Below are positions 23,825-38,641 of a stretch of 64,000 nucleotides of DNA, one piece after another; the stretch's first letter is position 1; every line of letters starts with the position of its first letter. Where the stretch lies: positions 55,180,001-55,244,000 of the forward strand of contig OZ241827.1 in assembly GCA_965202585.1 (NCBI GenBank). Direction: 5' to 3'. The DNA comes from Thalia democratica. Lineage: Eukaryota. A program made the position numbers and the translations under genes. The notes under the pieces are model-generated. The model saw nothing but the letters and a program-made list of their open reading frames with translations. It searched no databases and was not told the DNA's origin.

Positions 23825-25088
23825 GCTAGGGGTAACAGTTAAAAAAAAGAATAAATTAATTAGAAAAAAAGAGTTACGAATTTTTTGAAGAAAGAAAATA
23901 TTTTAAAGCTGTAAAAACTTTTGCTTTAAATATTTATAAAAATTGCACTTTTTTTAAAAAGCTTATGAACTCTCAAGAAACGTAGCTTGGTAACGTTGCG
24001 ATTGCTGTTGTTTCTATATAGAATTTGTATTGCCTTATTTTGCTGTTATACTTTTTAGTAATTTTATCTAAATTTTATAAGACATTTAATCTTTTGTCAT
24101 TATTACTAGTGCTTTTGTTAATAAGTTTCTCATGTTTGATTATAAAAACTATTTAGAAAAAAAATAGTTTATACTATATTAAGTTAATTTATTTAAAAAA
24201 TACAACTACAGTTTAAATTATCAAAATTGCAGCACAAGCTGATTTTTATAAAAGAAAGAACAGTGTACACTTAATAAAAATGTTTCTAAAACTACAAACT
24301 GATCTATATTTTGAATGAATATCAAGTTGATACAAAATTGTTTATTTGATTCATAAAACGTCAAATACTTCAAAACGATGCATTGATTGATATTGAATAC
24401 AATGGATAAAATTACTGCTTTGAAATTTGATTTATAAAATATTAAATTATAGTATCAAACTTAATTATAAAATTAAAATAAATTAAACAGCCAGTCGAAT
24501 AGCATTTACAAGATAAGGTATCAAAAAAGTTTTACGTAGTTTAGTATTTTACTAAATGAATTTCTACAATGACTATAGTCTAAGATATTTCATAAAGTTT
24601 TATGGAGCATTTTGTTGTGGTTTTATGATATTTTGTAGAATTTAAGTAATTTAAGCAAACTATAAATTAATTAAAGTATTTCGTAAGTAAAAAAAGAAAA
24701 TTTATACTATAACAGCTTTATAAAATGATTTTTTATCAGAAAAGTGATTAAATCTTAAATTTTTTTTGTGAAGAAACAAACAAAAAAAATCACTTAATTC
24801 CTATTTCATTTTATAATTTTGCCAACCTTTTATTAAAATTGAAAACTTTATCTGCCTAAATGACAATAGTTTTGGTTTAGTTAACAAATAAAGTTAACAA
24901 ATAATTTTTTCTCACTATTTACGCAGGTTGTTCATAGATATTCTTTTAAAAATAAAATATAATAGTATTAGTATTTATTTTCAACAAACGCTTGAGATTC
25001 AGTCGACAAACCAAAAAAAAAACGAAATCTAAGTATAAATAGTACAAGGTAAAATACAGTAACTTCAAGTCCAATCTACTTTTGCCTT

Positions 25089-27589
25089 TTATTTTCTGCC
25101 CTTAAATTTTTCCATTGTCGAAAAGATATCAAATAAATCACCCAAGTAATGGAGTATTTTGAATGGAAACATTCTGAAAAGAAGATTTGAAAGTTATTTT
25201 TTGAAACTTTATGATCTCGCACGTTAAACAAAAATAAACAGTTTAATGCTAATAGTAGTTTCTTTAAACACAAAAATGGTAATGAAATATTATTTAAAAA
25301 TTGAAAATAATTGTTGTTATTTGACATCATTAAATTAACAAATGTGGTGATCGATGTTTTATTTCTATTTCAAATAAATAAAGAACTTTGCAACAGAGTT
25401 CACATGTATATAAAATTATTATTTTTTTTTAATATGAACTTTATTTTTAAAACAACTAAAGTAAAAAAAGGATTTACAAAAAATATAACAAATTTAGAGT
25501 GGCTAACCCTCTTGCAGCATAGCTAAGAATGGTGACAAATGGCATGATCACCATTTCTTTGTTTTTGAGCACACCATCTACTATTTGCTGGACTGCATCG
25601 TCCGGTTCGATGATTGGTATGTATCTGTTGTCGTGTTGTTTTTTTTAATAATAATCTATAAAACTTCCCAATGACTAAGTAGGCATTTAGAAAACTCATT
25701 AAGTGATGTAAAAAGTTGTTTGTAAAAAAATTAAAAATAAAAACAATTACTTGATTTTTTAGATTCTAAAAAGACTAAATTTAAACAAAGTTTTTTTAAA
25801 TTTTAGTTTAAAGCATAAATACTGGTTAAATAAAACAACTAACGAGCTGACTACTCCCTTGAACATGCCAGTACTGATGTAGTAAGGACACACCGTGGTC
25901 ACTTTGACTCCGGTCTTTTTTCTGTACCTCAGCTCCATGCTGAGAGCTTCAGCCATGCCGACAGCTGCGTATTTGCTGCAGAAGAAAGTTAAATTAAGAA
26001 AACTCTTGTTTCAACGTTTGGTTTTTTATAAGGAAAATGTATTCAAGTTACATAAATAACTAGTTTATATATTATAAAACAGTAATATATTTATTATACT
26101 TGTTCTGCATTCAATTTCATCTATAAGTTAGGTAAAATAAAATTATAGTTTAGAATAGAAAAAAAAAAATTTTGCCATTAACAACAAAAAAAAACTACAG
26201 CAAGTGCAAAAACGGATTACCTCGCGCAGTAGTCAATCAGTCTTGGCATGCCGAAGAGGCCGGCCGCGCTGGCAACCGACACCACATGACCATAATTCTT
26301 TTCCATCATTTTCGGAAGGAAAGCTTTCAAAAACTGTGTAACACTTTATTTGTAAACCAGTATTGATTTATTATTTTTACAAAAAATTAACAAACCCAGA
26401 AATGAGCGTTGCAGTTGACATCCATGGTTTTCAAAATGTCCTCATCTTTGCAATCGAGGAAGTCTCCCCCGGTAACGATTCCCGCGTTGTTCACCAAAAT
26501 ATCCACGTCTCCCACTTCCGATTTTATCTGTGACATCATAATTAATCAACCTTTACAGAACTCTTAAATCACTTTGGCTAATAAAGTGTTTTACACTTTA
26601 TAAATTTAATGTTGTTTAAATTAAGTTTTTAACTAAAAAAGTTGATTTAAGGTTATCCTTTTGAAAACCTTAAAAGTTTTTCTTCGTGTTGTGAAATTAA
26701 TATTAAAAAGTAAAATGATATTTTGATAAGTGACTTTATTTTAAGTTTTGCTAAATATATTATATTTTAGTTACATTGATTTCAATAAAGATGTGCAAAC
26801 AAAATATTTTATTCACAACCGGGTTTGGGTGACAAAAAATGGTGACCACTTCAACTTAAATAAAATACTAAAAAAAAACATTGGCTTTTGAATAAAGTTT
26901 GTGAATAATATATTTAACTCGCAAATTATAAGTTTAATTTAGTTTAGATAAGTACAAACGAAAATATTAGTAAAATATAAAGCAAGCAATACTCTTACTC
27001 ACTTGGTTTGAAGTTTCATAAACATTGCTTCTTTTACTGATGTCACACTTATAACAATGCCAACTCGAACCAAAACCTTTTGATTTCATCAGTTCTTCAG
27101 TGGTCAGAAGGCCTGCTGGAGAAATGTCAACACCGACAATCTTGCAACCTTTCTTTGCAAACTCAACACACATTTTTTGACCTAGAAAGCGTGATTTACT
27201 AAAGACTGTTTTTACAGTTATAAAAGATGTTTTGTTTAATTTACAATTATTTTTTACGATGAAAAACAGAAAGTAGATTTAAGTTTAAAAGCAAAGTTGA
27301 CATAATCTATAAACAAAAGCTTTAGTGAGCAAAATTTAGCGAAAATTTTTATGATGTTTAGTAGAATACGAAATAAGTGCTTTGCTGGAAAAAGTTGTTT
27401 TTTAAATGAAAATAAAAATCAACTGCTAAATTTTCACTAACCTATACCACTTCCAGCTCCAGTAATCAAACAAGTCTTTCCTCTAACATCTTTGTCAGGT
27501 GTAGGAAATATTTTCAGGTACAAAGATTCCAAAATGTAGTAAGTTAAGTAGAAAGGAAACAGAAGAAGTTGTAAAATAAAACTTATCAT
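25089..27589 (-). CDS. Short-chain dehydrogenase/reductase, SDR16C (epidermal RDH / RDH10 / HSD17B11-like), paralog A, 301 aa
   Basis: Exons 27442-27589, 27003-27181, 26396-26527, 26221-26333, 25844-25975, 25508-25624, 25089-25173 total 906 nt in frame. N-terminal hydrophobic anchor, [14 protein letters not shown], catalytic [16 protein letters not shown]; ends KFKGRK*. Confidence 0.9.
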
Positions 27590-29180
27590 ATTTTAAATAT
27601 TCTAAATGTTGTACAAACTATCTACAAATTGTTAATGTTTTTTTTTTCTCAGTTTTTAGTTTATATTAACACAACTATGAAATATAATAAACACGTTTTT
27701 GAACAGTTAAACTAAATTATTTATAAAATTTGTATAATTTTTAATTGTTAACAAATGCTTATTATCAGTAAAACTTATTTAACTTCAATTCAACAAAAAA
27801 AGTCTGCATTTTCATTTTGCTAAAACTAACTTATTATAACTTAAAACAAAACTTATTCAAAAGTTATTTAAATTCAAAAAATGTAATAGTAAACTGAACT
27901 AGTAGAAAAAACTAACAAAAACTCATTTTAATTCAACTCAAACTAATCAACAAAGCTACGAACACAGTGCATGTGCTGACGCAAACAAACTTGCTTGAAA
28001 CTAGACAGCAGGCTAGCATAGCCTTCAAAAATAAAGTAAACATTTGTCGTACAAGCCGTTTGAGCAAATAAGGAAACAAATAGGCCTTCAATTGATCAAT
28101 GTAATTTAAAACGTAGTGTTAGTAACTTTTAATTTATTTAAATTGTTTTAATTTGTGTAGCTTAACTCTGTGTAGCTGGTAATTGGTGTTATTAAAATGA
28201 TACTAATACTACAGAAGAATATTTAAATACATTTTAAACTTTTTTCTCCTATTTAACAAAATTTGTTAATTCACTTTGTAATGCTTAAGTTTTTTCTCTT
28301 CAAAGGAGAAAACAAAGTCCAAACTCCAAATAACTTGTGAAATAAGTAAAACAATTTATGAACTATTGATAAAAATAGATTAAAATGAACATGTTTTAGA
28401 TAATTCATTTTGTTTAAGTAAAGTTTAATAAATATAGAGTTTTTAACAAATGTGTTATAAAAATGTTTTAAAAACAGATTTCAAATAAAAAAAATAGTTC
28501 AATTAAAATGTTCGCATAATCAAAAGGTTTATTTTATTTAATAACGAAGTTTTGACCTCAATCATTACATTTTTTTTCTTTGAATATTTTTTGAAGTAGA
28601 GAAAAGACAAAAAAAAAGTTTGACATTAGAAATAGACTATGAACGGTTTAACCTATTTATAAAGATTCATCATTTATACGTGATGAAATCAAATTTTTTT
28701 GTTATAAATGGCTAGAACTACGTTAACTATAAACTTTAGTTAGTTACTTTAGAAAGTTTTGTTTTCAGACTAAACTAAATATTTTATTAAACGGTAAATT
28801 ACATAAGATAAAAAGTCTATTTAAATTGAACACAATTATCTGATACTAGAATACAATTACAAAATTAACTAGTATAAGTTGATAGCTTTTTTTTTAACCT
28901 TCAAAGAAAAATAAAAACTGTCACTTTCAAAAAAGACAAGTTTAACTACTGCGTAGCTCATTTTAAAGTTTATTTTTTACTTTATAGTTTTAGTCAATAA
29001 TCACAGAAAGCACCCAAATTCAAATAATTGCCTTGCAGTTTACGTTCAAAGATTTTAAAATGTGTTTCTTATCTGAACTCTGTAAACTCAGCTCAGTTTA
29101 CTACATCCGAATCGACGACCAAAAAATCACTCTTTTCCAGTTTCGTATGTGACGTCATAAAACCATACGTCCTTCATATA

Positions 29181-29966
29181 CAGTAACCTCTCGCATCTTT
29201 ACGCACTCGTGACGTTACGCACTCTCATTTAGTTACGCATATTAGAATTCTGAAAATTTCAAAAAATAAAAATGATAATTTTTTTTAATAGTGTACAAAT
29301 TAGGTTTATTGTATATTTTTAATTTAAAATATGTTTTTAAATGCTAACTCACCTCTCTATATCTTTAGACTTTGTAAACTTATGTTCCTAAACTAATAGA
29401 TAAAATTTTAATTATACCTCAGTATATAAGAAAGTTTGTTAACAATAAGAGATTAGATTAAAATTTTCAAAGAAACATGACTGTATTAAATAATGAAAAT
29501 AATATTTTGCAAATTCATATTTTTCTAAAAGGCTATAAAAATAACTTTTAATATAGACAACACACCATTTCGTAATTGTAAACAAATGCTTAATAATAAA
29601 TTTGCTATGTAGAACACAATATAAATATTAAGTATCAAATTAGTCACATATAAATAAAGATAAAAGTAAAATCTACTTATTACTAAAATTAGTAAACTTT
29701 ATCTACAAGTATTATTATTTTATATAAATTTAAACCCTTTTTTTTTCAATATATGTATAGTTTTATCTTTTGTTTTCATATTTATAACTAAAGTAAACAA
29801 ATTGTAAAAAGTGGGACAGTCCCCAGTCTGCTTTTAACTAGAAGCAATATCAAAAACCAGCCATTATAGTAAGTATATTTGGTACCTCTCGTATCTTTAC
29901 GATGTCTCGTATCTTTACGCATTTTTTCTATGGAAACAATGTGCGTAAATAAGTGAGAGGTTACTG
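29181..29966. mobile_element. Tc1/mariner (pogo/Tigger-like) MITE
   Basis: CAGTAACCTCTCGCATCTTTACGCAC at 29181 is an imperfect ~26-bp inverted repeat of the end at 29966; TA flanks both sides. TIR-like direct repeats (CTCGTATCTTTACG twice) lie at 29888-29917, so this could be two separate fragments. Confidence 0.6.
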
Positions 29967-32900
29967 TAATTAAATTGCAGAACTTGTTGGAGAATATTTC
30001 TTATATTTTGATTTAGAAAAAAAACACCTAAACTACAAATTGTAAGACAGAAGTGTCAAATATTTTAACTGCTTATCTTTTGAAAAATAAGACAAATATT
30101 TGATAAAAATGTTTTATATAATATAAAAATAAGACAAAATTTTTTTTTATGTAGAAAGGCAAATAACTTATAAATTTGTTAAAAGATACAACTTAAACAT
30201 TAAACTTTTGATTAAAATATTTAAAACATCTTGACTTTTCTTTATTAGTTGATAGTTTATAGATTATACAATAAAAATGTTGTACTGTACATAGTTTTCA
30301 TGACTAAACTTTTATTAATTTTGTACAGAAATTTTTAAGATTAAAGCTAATTGATAAAATTTACGACTGAAATTATATATGCCAACGGTATTTATATACT
30401 TATAATCAAAATAGTACTAATTGAAAGTTTATAAGGTCGATAAAACATATTTAAAATTAAAAAAACGGCAGCATCAAAAATTTTATAATATAAAAACAAT
30501 AGAACACAACAACAGCATCTATCTGTACATCTGATATGTTTACTATTAAAATTAAGATGTAAGTTAAAAATAAATTATTTTATTAAGTGTTCTAATTTAA
30601 ATAATTGAATTTTAACTTTTTTTAAATATGTTTATTTACAATAATGGGTTCAAAAAGTACTGATGCTAATTCTTTATCAAATGTTACTACTTTAAATATT
30701 TTTTAGTGTTTAGGTCAATAAATCCAAAGATGTTTTTAGTGGGATTTATCAGTTTGCACATTTTTAAATACTTATTTTAAACGACATATTATAAATGTGT
30801 CCAACTGTAATCGTGTATTGTTAAGTGTTGCTGGTTAATTGTTCTTTTAAATAATCATAAGTCATTTAAAGTAATAAAATGTATGAAATAACTTTTAAAA
30901 ACTAGCTAAAAAAGTGAAAAAGAAAAACATGTACTTTTAGTTTTACAAAACATGAATTAATGCACAAGATTGTGTAAACAAAAGCTTATTTGTGTTCATT
31001 AGCAAACAATAAAGTGAAATACATCTGCTATACAAAACAAACTTAAAATAAGTTACTTAATAAAAAATTTAAATGTTGAAAATGTAGTTATTTAGTTTAA
31101 TGTATTGCTATATTCTTACAATGCTAATGTAAAACTAATTCTGTGTGTAAATGATTACAATAAATAGTAAATTCGAATAATAGTAATTTAATGCATAAAG
31201 TTAAGTTTGTTGAACTAAACTAAAGACAAAAGTTGAAATTAAAGCTATTAAAGCAATATTTAAAACGAAGCACTGTTGTAAACCTATAAAATTTAACGTA
31301 AACTTATTTAACACTAAAGCAGTTCTAATAACTGTCATCATGTAGCTAAAGGCAGCATTAATTTCAACGTGTGTTTAGTTGTAGTATTTTCTTCTTTGAA
31401 AATAGCTCATCCGTACAAAGCTTGATTGAGAAAAGCAGAAGCTTTATGTAATTTCTAGGACTTTTCTACAGTTTTTAAACATACGGTTACTACTTTTTCA
31501 AATGCAAACTCATAGTTTGAGTATGAGTAAAAATCTAAATAAAACTATCTTGTTTATTGTCTTGAAAAGTAGTATATTGAACTGCAACAAAATTAAGTTA
31601 AAAACATTGTGTTTAAACTGTACCAGCATAAAACTGATAATGTACAAATAGTACAAATAGTATGGATAAAGCTCAGAGTATTTTTCTTAAAAACTTTTAT
31701 ATAAATTTTTTGAGAACATTATATGGTTTTTAAATAGCTTTAAGGTTTAAATGTTAAAAATGTGTCTACTTGGCTGCTCATTTTATTTTGAGGGCTAATC
31801 AACAAAACTTAACTTGCTTTAAGTTTTTTAGATGAATGGTATTTTATCAAGAAAAAAAGAATTTAAGAATTATTTTTTTACCTTTTCACAAGATACATCT
31901 GCAAACGTTTCTAATATGCTATAAATAATACTTCAGTTAAAATAAATGTCATTTTATTGTAAAGAATTTTGCTGATGAAAAGTTATATTTACTTTTTTAA
32001 ATAAAATTAAACTAACTTTTTAAAGCAGTTGATATAAAAAATATGAAAGTTGTTCGAATATTTTGTCTTATACTAGAAGTATAATAATTAGTATTCAGTT
32101 AAAGTTATAACAAACTTAAATAGTTTTATTTTTTAATTATTGCTTATACTGTTTTATTTTATTTTTACAAACTTAGTACAATAAACAGCTGATTAAGTTA
32201 CCAATGTTTTAAAATTTACATTTAGTTTATTTAAAATTGCAAAGCTATTTTTATCGACTTATGTTAATTTGTTGTTTGTTTCTGTATAGTTTTTAGTATT
32301 ACTTAACAAATATAATCTAAATAAGTTAAATCTACAACGTAATACCACGACTGAAAAAATACTACAAACAAACAGTCGTAAATAATTGTGAAATTAATCT
32401 AATTACTAAATATAAATTTAACATGTGAAAAAACATTACACAAAAAAAAAACATAATATAATATTGCATACTAGTTTAATTACCGCCATTACCTATAAAC
32501 TATATTAAAAAATAAAGTTTAATTTTTTTTTCAAGTAGTTATAATTTATTGATCTATTTTTTTATAGTCGTTATATAACATACTCACTAAAATTGGTGTT
32601 AACATGTTAATTGTTATTTATTTTACAAAATTATTCTCTTCACCTGAATTATTTTCAAATCTAATAAAAGTTGTAATGCACTGCACATAATTCATTATAA
32701 AAAAAAAAGTTCCATTTTTCAAATAGCTTTTATTTAATGCAAATGTCGCTTTATGTACTTGAAACTTTATACAAACGTACTGTAAATTTAAAAGATTTTT
32801 AAGATTTTAAAAACAAATTAAATTTTGAATTTTAATGTATTACAGCAAACTAAGACATGCAAGATAGATTTACAAAAAAAATTTTTATAAAAAACTATTT

Positions 32901-34142
32901 TAAGCGAAAATCAAAGTAGCTGAGCTTTGTTTTACTTATCGGAATTATAGTTTTGTTAAACTAAGTTAGTTTGAAATTTTTTTATGATATTGATGAATCA
33001 GATTTTTTAGTTTTAAATATATTGTATTGTGATTACTTTAGTAGAAAACGAACAAAATCGAAAACTAAGTATAATTTTTGGCCTTCTACTTAAAAAGTAC
33101 TTTTTTATTAAAAAACAGTTTAAAACGAATGCAAGAAAATAACTCATAAGTTGTTTAAAAGATAAATTAAAAATACCAAGCTACTTAGTTGAACTGTAAA
33201 AGTCTTTATTGTTATGAGTTTAAAATACTTGCAAGATGATTCTAAACTAAATGTAACAGAAAAATAGTTTTATATTTTAGCTAAAAAACCAGTCTACAAA
33301 AATAAAAGTTTTACAGAACTTAAACTTTTTGTAGAGATGATAAACAACTACTGAAAAAGTACAAAATGTATGAAATTTTGATGGTAAATAAACAAATAAA
33401 AACTTAAGTCATAAAAATAAGTAACTATACAAAACGTAGTAAATCAGACACTAACTATTGTGAAGTGACTCAAGCAAGTTGAAGTTCACGAAATTACTTA
33501 AAAGTCACGCAAAAATGTTGTGTATATTTTGTTTCAAAAAAAGTAAATTAAGCTGTTAGGAAAAAAAAAAGAAATTTTTTTACTGGTTATCAATACAAAC
33601 TCGTATACATTAGGATTGAAAAGTTGAAGTTATAGGAAGAATTTGAACAAGTGTTTTTCTACTAGCATGATTGAGTTTACGTAGTTATCATACTTCTAAT
33701 CTTATAGCCTTTAAAGGAAAAATACGTTAGTCTAAAAAAAATTTAACAGTTTTTTTACTGAGTTAACAATGAAGATACTCAATCTCCTTCATTTCAAATT
33801 TTAAAAGTAATTGATATAATATTGTGTAAATTAGTTTGGTTTAATAAGTGTAATTTTTGACTGTAAAAAGTGATATATAAGTATTGTTTAATTTAGGAAA
33901 ACTAAAAAAAATTAGTAAAGCTCTTGGAACAAATAGTTTGTTTAAAAATGTAAGACCTGGTTTTTAGTGTAATGCTGTTCAAATTGAAAAAAAAAAGATT
34001 TGCAAAAGTTTAAAGTCTACAAAAAATTACTAGAACTAAGACTTTACTAGATTTGAAAATAAATAAAAAGGCTTACATAAAGTATTTTGTTAGTAAGCTT
34101 GTTTTGTCAAGTATAGTAACAAAAATAATAAAAGTTATTTAG

Positions 34143-37100
34143 TTATTTTCTTCCTTTAAACTTTTCCATTGTGGAGAAGACGTCAAATACGTTTCCCATG
34201 TGATTAATCACTTTTACTGGAAGAAGTCTGAAAAAGTATTTAATGATTTTGTAAGTTTCATAACAAAATATGCTTTAAAGTTGTAATCATAGATTTATTT
34301 AACAAATACTAGAGAAACAAACGAGTAAGTGGTTTTTTGTTATTGATCTTAAAATTTAAACCTCAGAAAAGTTTAGACCAATAAAAACTGTCATAAAAAC
34401 AAATTAAACACGTTCACGACCTTTATAAACTAATATTTTTTTTTTCTAAACATAAAAACAGTTTTACCCTCTCAGCGCATACGAAAGAACGGTGATGAAC
34501 GGCATTATAATAATTTCTTTGTTCTTCAAAACTCCGTTGATGATCTGGTCGACGGCATCATCAGGCTCAATTATAGGAATGATTCTGTTGTCATGAAAAA
34601 ATATTACCTCCTAAGGTTTAAGTAGTTAGCAAAAACTTTGGAAAAACAGAAAGTACGCAAACTTTGAGTTGTCGAGAGTTTGTATGGTCTTTTAAAAACT
34701 TTATTTTTAAAACAAATATATTAGGTAAATATAAACCATTCGGCTTAGTTATTGAATAATTTTATTTTCATTTATAAATCGATAAGTAGTAGCTTTGAAA
34801 TGGTTAAAATCAAATTACTTTAAAAATTACATATTTTTCTCAGTTTTCAAGGCTTTTTGTATGACCCTTGGAAATTTTGTACCATGGTTGAATCGATAAA
34901 TAATAGCTTTTAAATAGTAAAAACAAACTATTTACAAAGTACATAATGTTTTCAGTTTTCAAGGTTTTTAGTACGGTACTAATCAACACTTTATTAATAA
35001 AACATAAACATTTATTAAATAAAACGACTAACGAGCTGACTACTCCCTTGAACATGCCAGTACTGATGTAGTAAGGACACACCGTGGTCACTTTGACTCC
35101 GGTTTTCTTCCTTTGTCTAAGTTCGGTACTGAGCGCCTCTGCTATGCCGACTGCAGCAAATTTGCTGGAAAATTTTTAAGTAAGAATAAAAGTTTAATTT
35201 TCAAGTAGTTTTGTTTTAAGATTATTATAAATTACAAACTAATTTGAGCTAGCAGCACACTTGTATTAATTTTGAAGAAATATCAAAACTAATCTAAACA
35301 AACGTTTATATTTTCAAAACCAAATACTAAAACTTTGTACATAATAATAAAAGAGTTTAATGCTTAGAGTATGTCAATTTATTCTGTTCCATGTACGAAG
35401 CAATGATTACACTAATAAACTATTATAAAACTTAGGTATAAAACTTTATGCATTAGTTTTAATACTTTATTAGTAAAAAAAAAATTGAGTAGAATTTAAG
35501 AAGTATTGCTGTCTCTAAAATAAGTTTCTAAGAATTTTTTACATTTAAGAGATTCTTTTTTTTGTATTTACACTAAAAACGTGTTAACTAGTTTCACTTA
35601 ATCAATATTTACCAGGTACGTGTGAATTAGTAATGTTGAAGCGACCTTTTAAAAGAAAGGAAATGTTTAAATTTTGTAAAAAAAATCATGATTGAAATTA
35701 AAGGCTAAAAATCATGCAACTTATTTTTATTTGCTTGAAATGAGGTTTTAAACAAGAAAACACGTTTTCATTCAAAGTAAACAACTCACCTTGCGCAGTA
35801 GTCGATTAGTCTGGGCATTCCGAATAAGCCGGCCGCACTTGATACAGATACTATATGACCCGAATTATTTTCCATCATTTTTGGCAGAAACGCTTTTATA
35901 GTCTGCAGATTTTATAAATATATTTTTTGTGTTATATTGGTAATCTAAAAGTGAAATTTTAATTAAATAACATAATAAAATTATTATGTTTTTAAAATTG
36001 ATTTCAATGCAGTATCTTTTTACAATATATAAGAAAATAAAACAAGTTATTTTTATTTTCTAAGTTTTGGATTAGTATAAATTCTTTTTTTTTCTGTTTG
36101 AGATAAACTTTTTAAAGTTTTCTTCTTTTAAAATCTAAAACAATCATTTAAATAGAACGTACATTGTTAGCATACTGACTTAATTGAATTAAACTGTTTG
36201 GGCTTCCTTTTGGTCAAACAAAAAGCAACCTAATCTATTTTTACTCTTAAAACTTGTGTGGTCTCTAAGTTTATTTTAAACATTTTTAGATCTTCTTTTG
36301 TGTTATTTAAAGTGTTAGGTATTGTTAAAACAAAGTTTTGCAATTTACTAAGGATACTACGTATAAAGATGTTTTTTTTTGTTAGCTTCAAAATCAACTT
36401 TGATAACAAGTTTGCTTAAGTACTATATTTAGTTTATTTTTAAAGTTAAAGCCTGTATTTTTATCTTAAATATAAGCACTAAGATAAAACTTATTTCTTA
36501 CTAGTATTTAAATTTCGGTATAAGCATTTAAATTTAAGAGTTTTTATACTGAAAACCAGTCTTTAGAATTAAGTTGCACGTATTTTTTTTGCTATGAAGT
36601 AAATTTCAGATTTAAAAACACACTTTAAGATTATCAAAAATAGCTATGAAATAGAATAATGGTGAAAAAGTTAATCACAGATATTTAAAAGCTACCGGAC
36701 AAAAACGTTTATTTGTTACATAATCTTTTCAACAAATTGTATAGTGTATTAGCAAAAGACGCTGATAAAGTTAAATAGTTTTAATGACATTAAAACTTTA
36801 TAATCTCACAGTAAAAAACATTTATTAATAAAACAAACCCAGAAATGAGCGTTGCAGTTGACATCCATGGTTTTCAAAATGTCCTCATCTTTGCAATCGA
36901 GGAAGTCTCCCCCGGTAACGATTCCCGCGTTGTTCACCAAAATATCCACGTCTCCAACTTCCGATTTGATCTGTGACATCATAATTAGTTTTCAAACTTT
37001 ATAAAGTATCAGCTACTAATACTTCTGACTTAAACAGTAAAAAACCGATCAAAAAACTATTATTCGACAAATTTAAAACAAGACTATTTATTTATCTTAG

Positions 37101-38641
37101 TTTAGCTGATTGTTAAAAAAAAAAATAACTAGTCAACTTATCTAAAAAAATGTTGTAAGTTCTGGTTATATAAATTACAGTACTTTATAATCAATTATAT
37201 TTTAAATTTTTGTGTTGCTTTTACATTTTACAATGGAGCTATGTTATCAAACTAATTGTACAAACTTAAACACGTAAGTCTATGAACTGAAATAATGTTA
37301 TCTAAAACTTAAATACTTTTTTACACAATTTGAAAAGGAGCTAAATCGAAAACTTTTAAAAGTAAAAACTAAATAAAAGTGTAATTAAAGTTGTAATACT
37401 ATATTTTAAAAAGCCAAAAAAATTAAATTTTAATTATAGTTTTTATTATTACTAAGTATTTTTTTGCACATTTTGGAATTTGATAAAGTAAAGTATAAAA
37501 TAATTTGTAGTTTAGTTTTTACTTTACAGATTTAAATAAATATAAGTTAACTTATCTAAGCCGTTTAAAAACCATTTAATAATTCAACATTTACTTTAAT
37601 TATATTTTTTATCATAACAGCAGTATTGTGTTTATTATCATAATAAATCTACAATGCGATCTAGACATTAAAGTGTACATAGATTCGGTTAAACTAAAAA
37701 ATGTCAAGGCACAAACATTTTCTACACTGATTGATTTATTCCACACTAAACAAGTGATATAGAACTTTGTTAAGCCAAAAATTCGTTGAAAGAGTATAGA
37801 ATAAGCAACTTTAAAAGCTTACAACAATTAAAAATCCTTAACCGTGTCAGCTGTTTTATAAACGTTTTTTCTTTGACTGATATCACACGTGTACGAATGC
37901 CAACTCGAACCAAAACCTTTTGATTTCATCAGTTTTTCAGTGGTAATAAGTCCTGCTAGAGAAATGTCAACACCGACAATCTTGCAACCTTTCTTTGCAA
38001 ACTCTACACACATTTTCTGACCTTTATAAAAACGAGATAAACAATCATGTTTCTAGCTAAAAAAAAGTTTTGCAATTACAAAAGAATTATGTTATTTAAA
38101 ATTTTTAAAGTTATTTTCATAACATTACAACATAATAAATATTTAGAAAATCGATACGCAATAACAATTTATTTTCAAGTATTAAAGTGTTGAATATATT
38201 TATAGTCAAAACCACAATTTTTTGAGTTTTAAGTTCTATTAGCAGATTGTTATAACAAATTAGTTTTATGTATTTGAAAGTAAAACATATACTGTACACA
38301 AAGCACGAGCTTACAAAACTGTTTTATAATTATATTAAAATTTCTAAACTTTATTAAAGTAATGTGTTATTTCTAACATTTATCATAAAAGTACGAAATT
38401 ATTTTCCTTAAAGAATATGCATGTTTAAAATTACTCTAGAAACTAGCAATTTAAGTTCATCATTATTCAGTCTCATTAACAAATTTCACTAACCTATACC
38501 ATTTCCAGCACCAGTAATTAAACAAATTTTTCCTCTTACATCTTTGTCAGGTGTAGGAAATATTTTCAGGTACAACGATTCCAAAATGTAGTAAGTTAAG
38601 TAGAAAGGAAAGAAAAGAAGTTGCAAAATAAAACTTATCAT
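34143..38641 (-). CDS. Short-chain dehydrogenase/reductase, SDR16C-like, paralog B, 301 aa
   Basis: Exons 38494-38641, 37843-38021, 36839-36970, 35790-35902, 35033-35164, 34468-34584, 34143-34227; same exon sizes and phases as paralog A; [19 protein letters not shown]; ends KFKGRK*. Confidence 0.9.
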
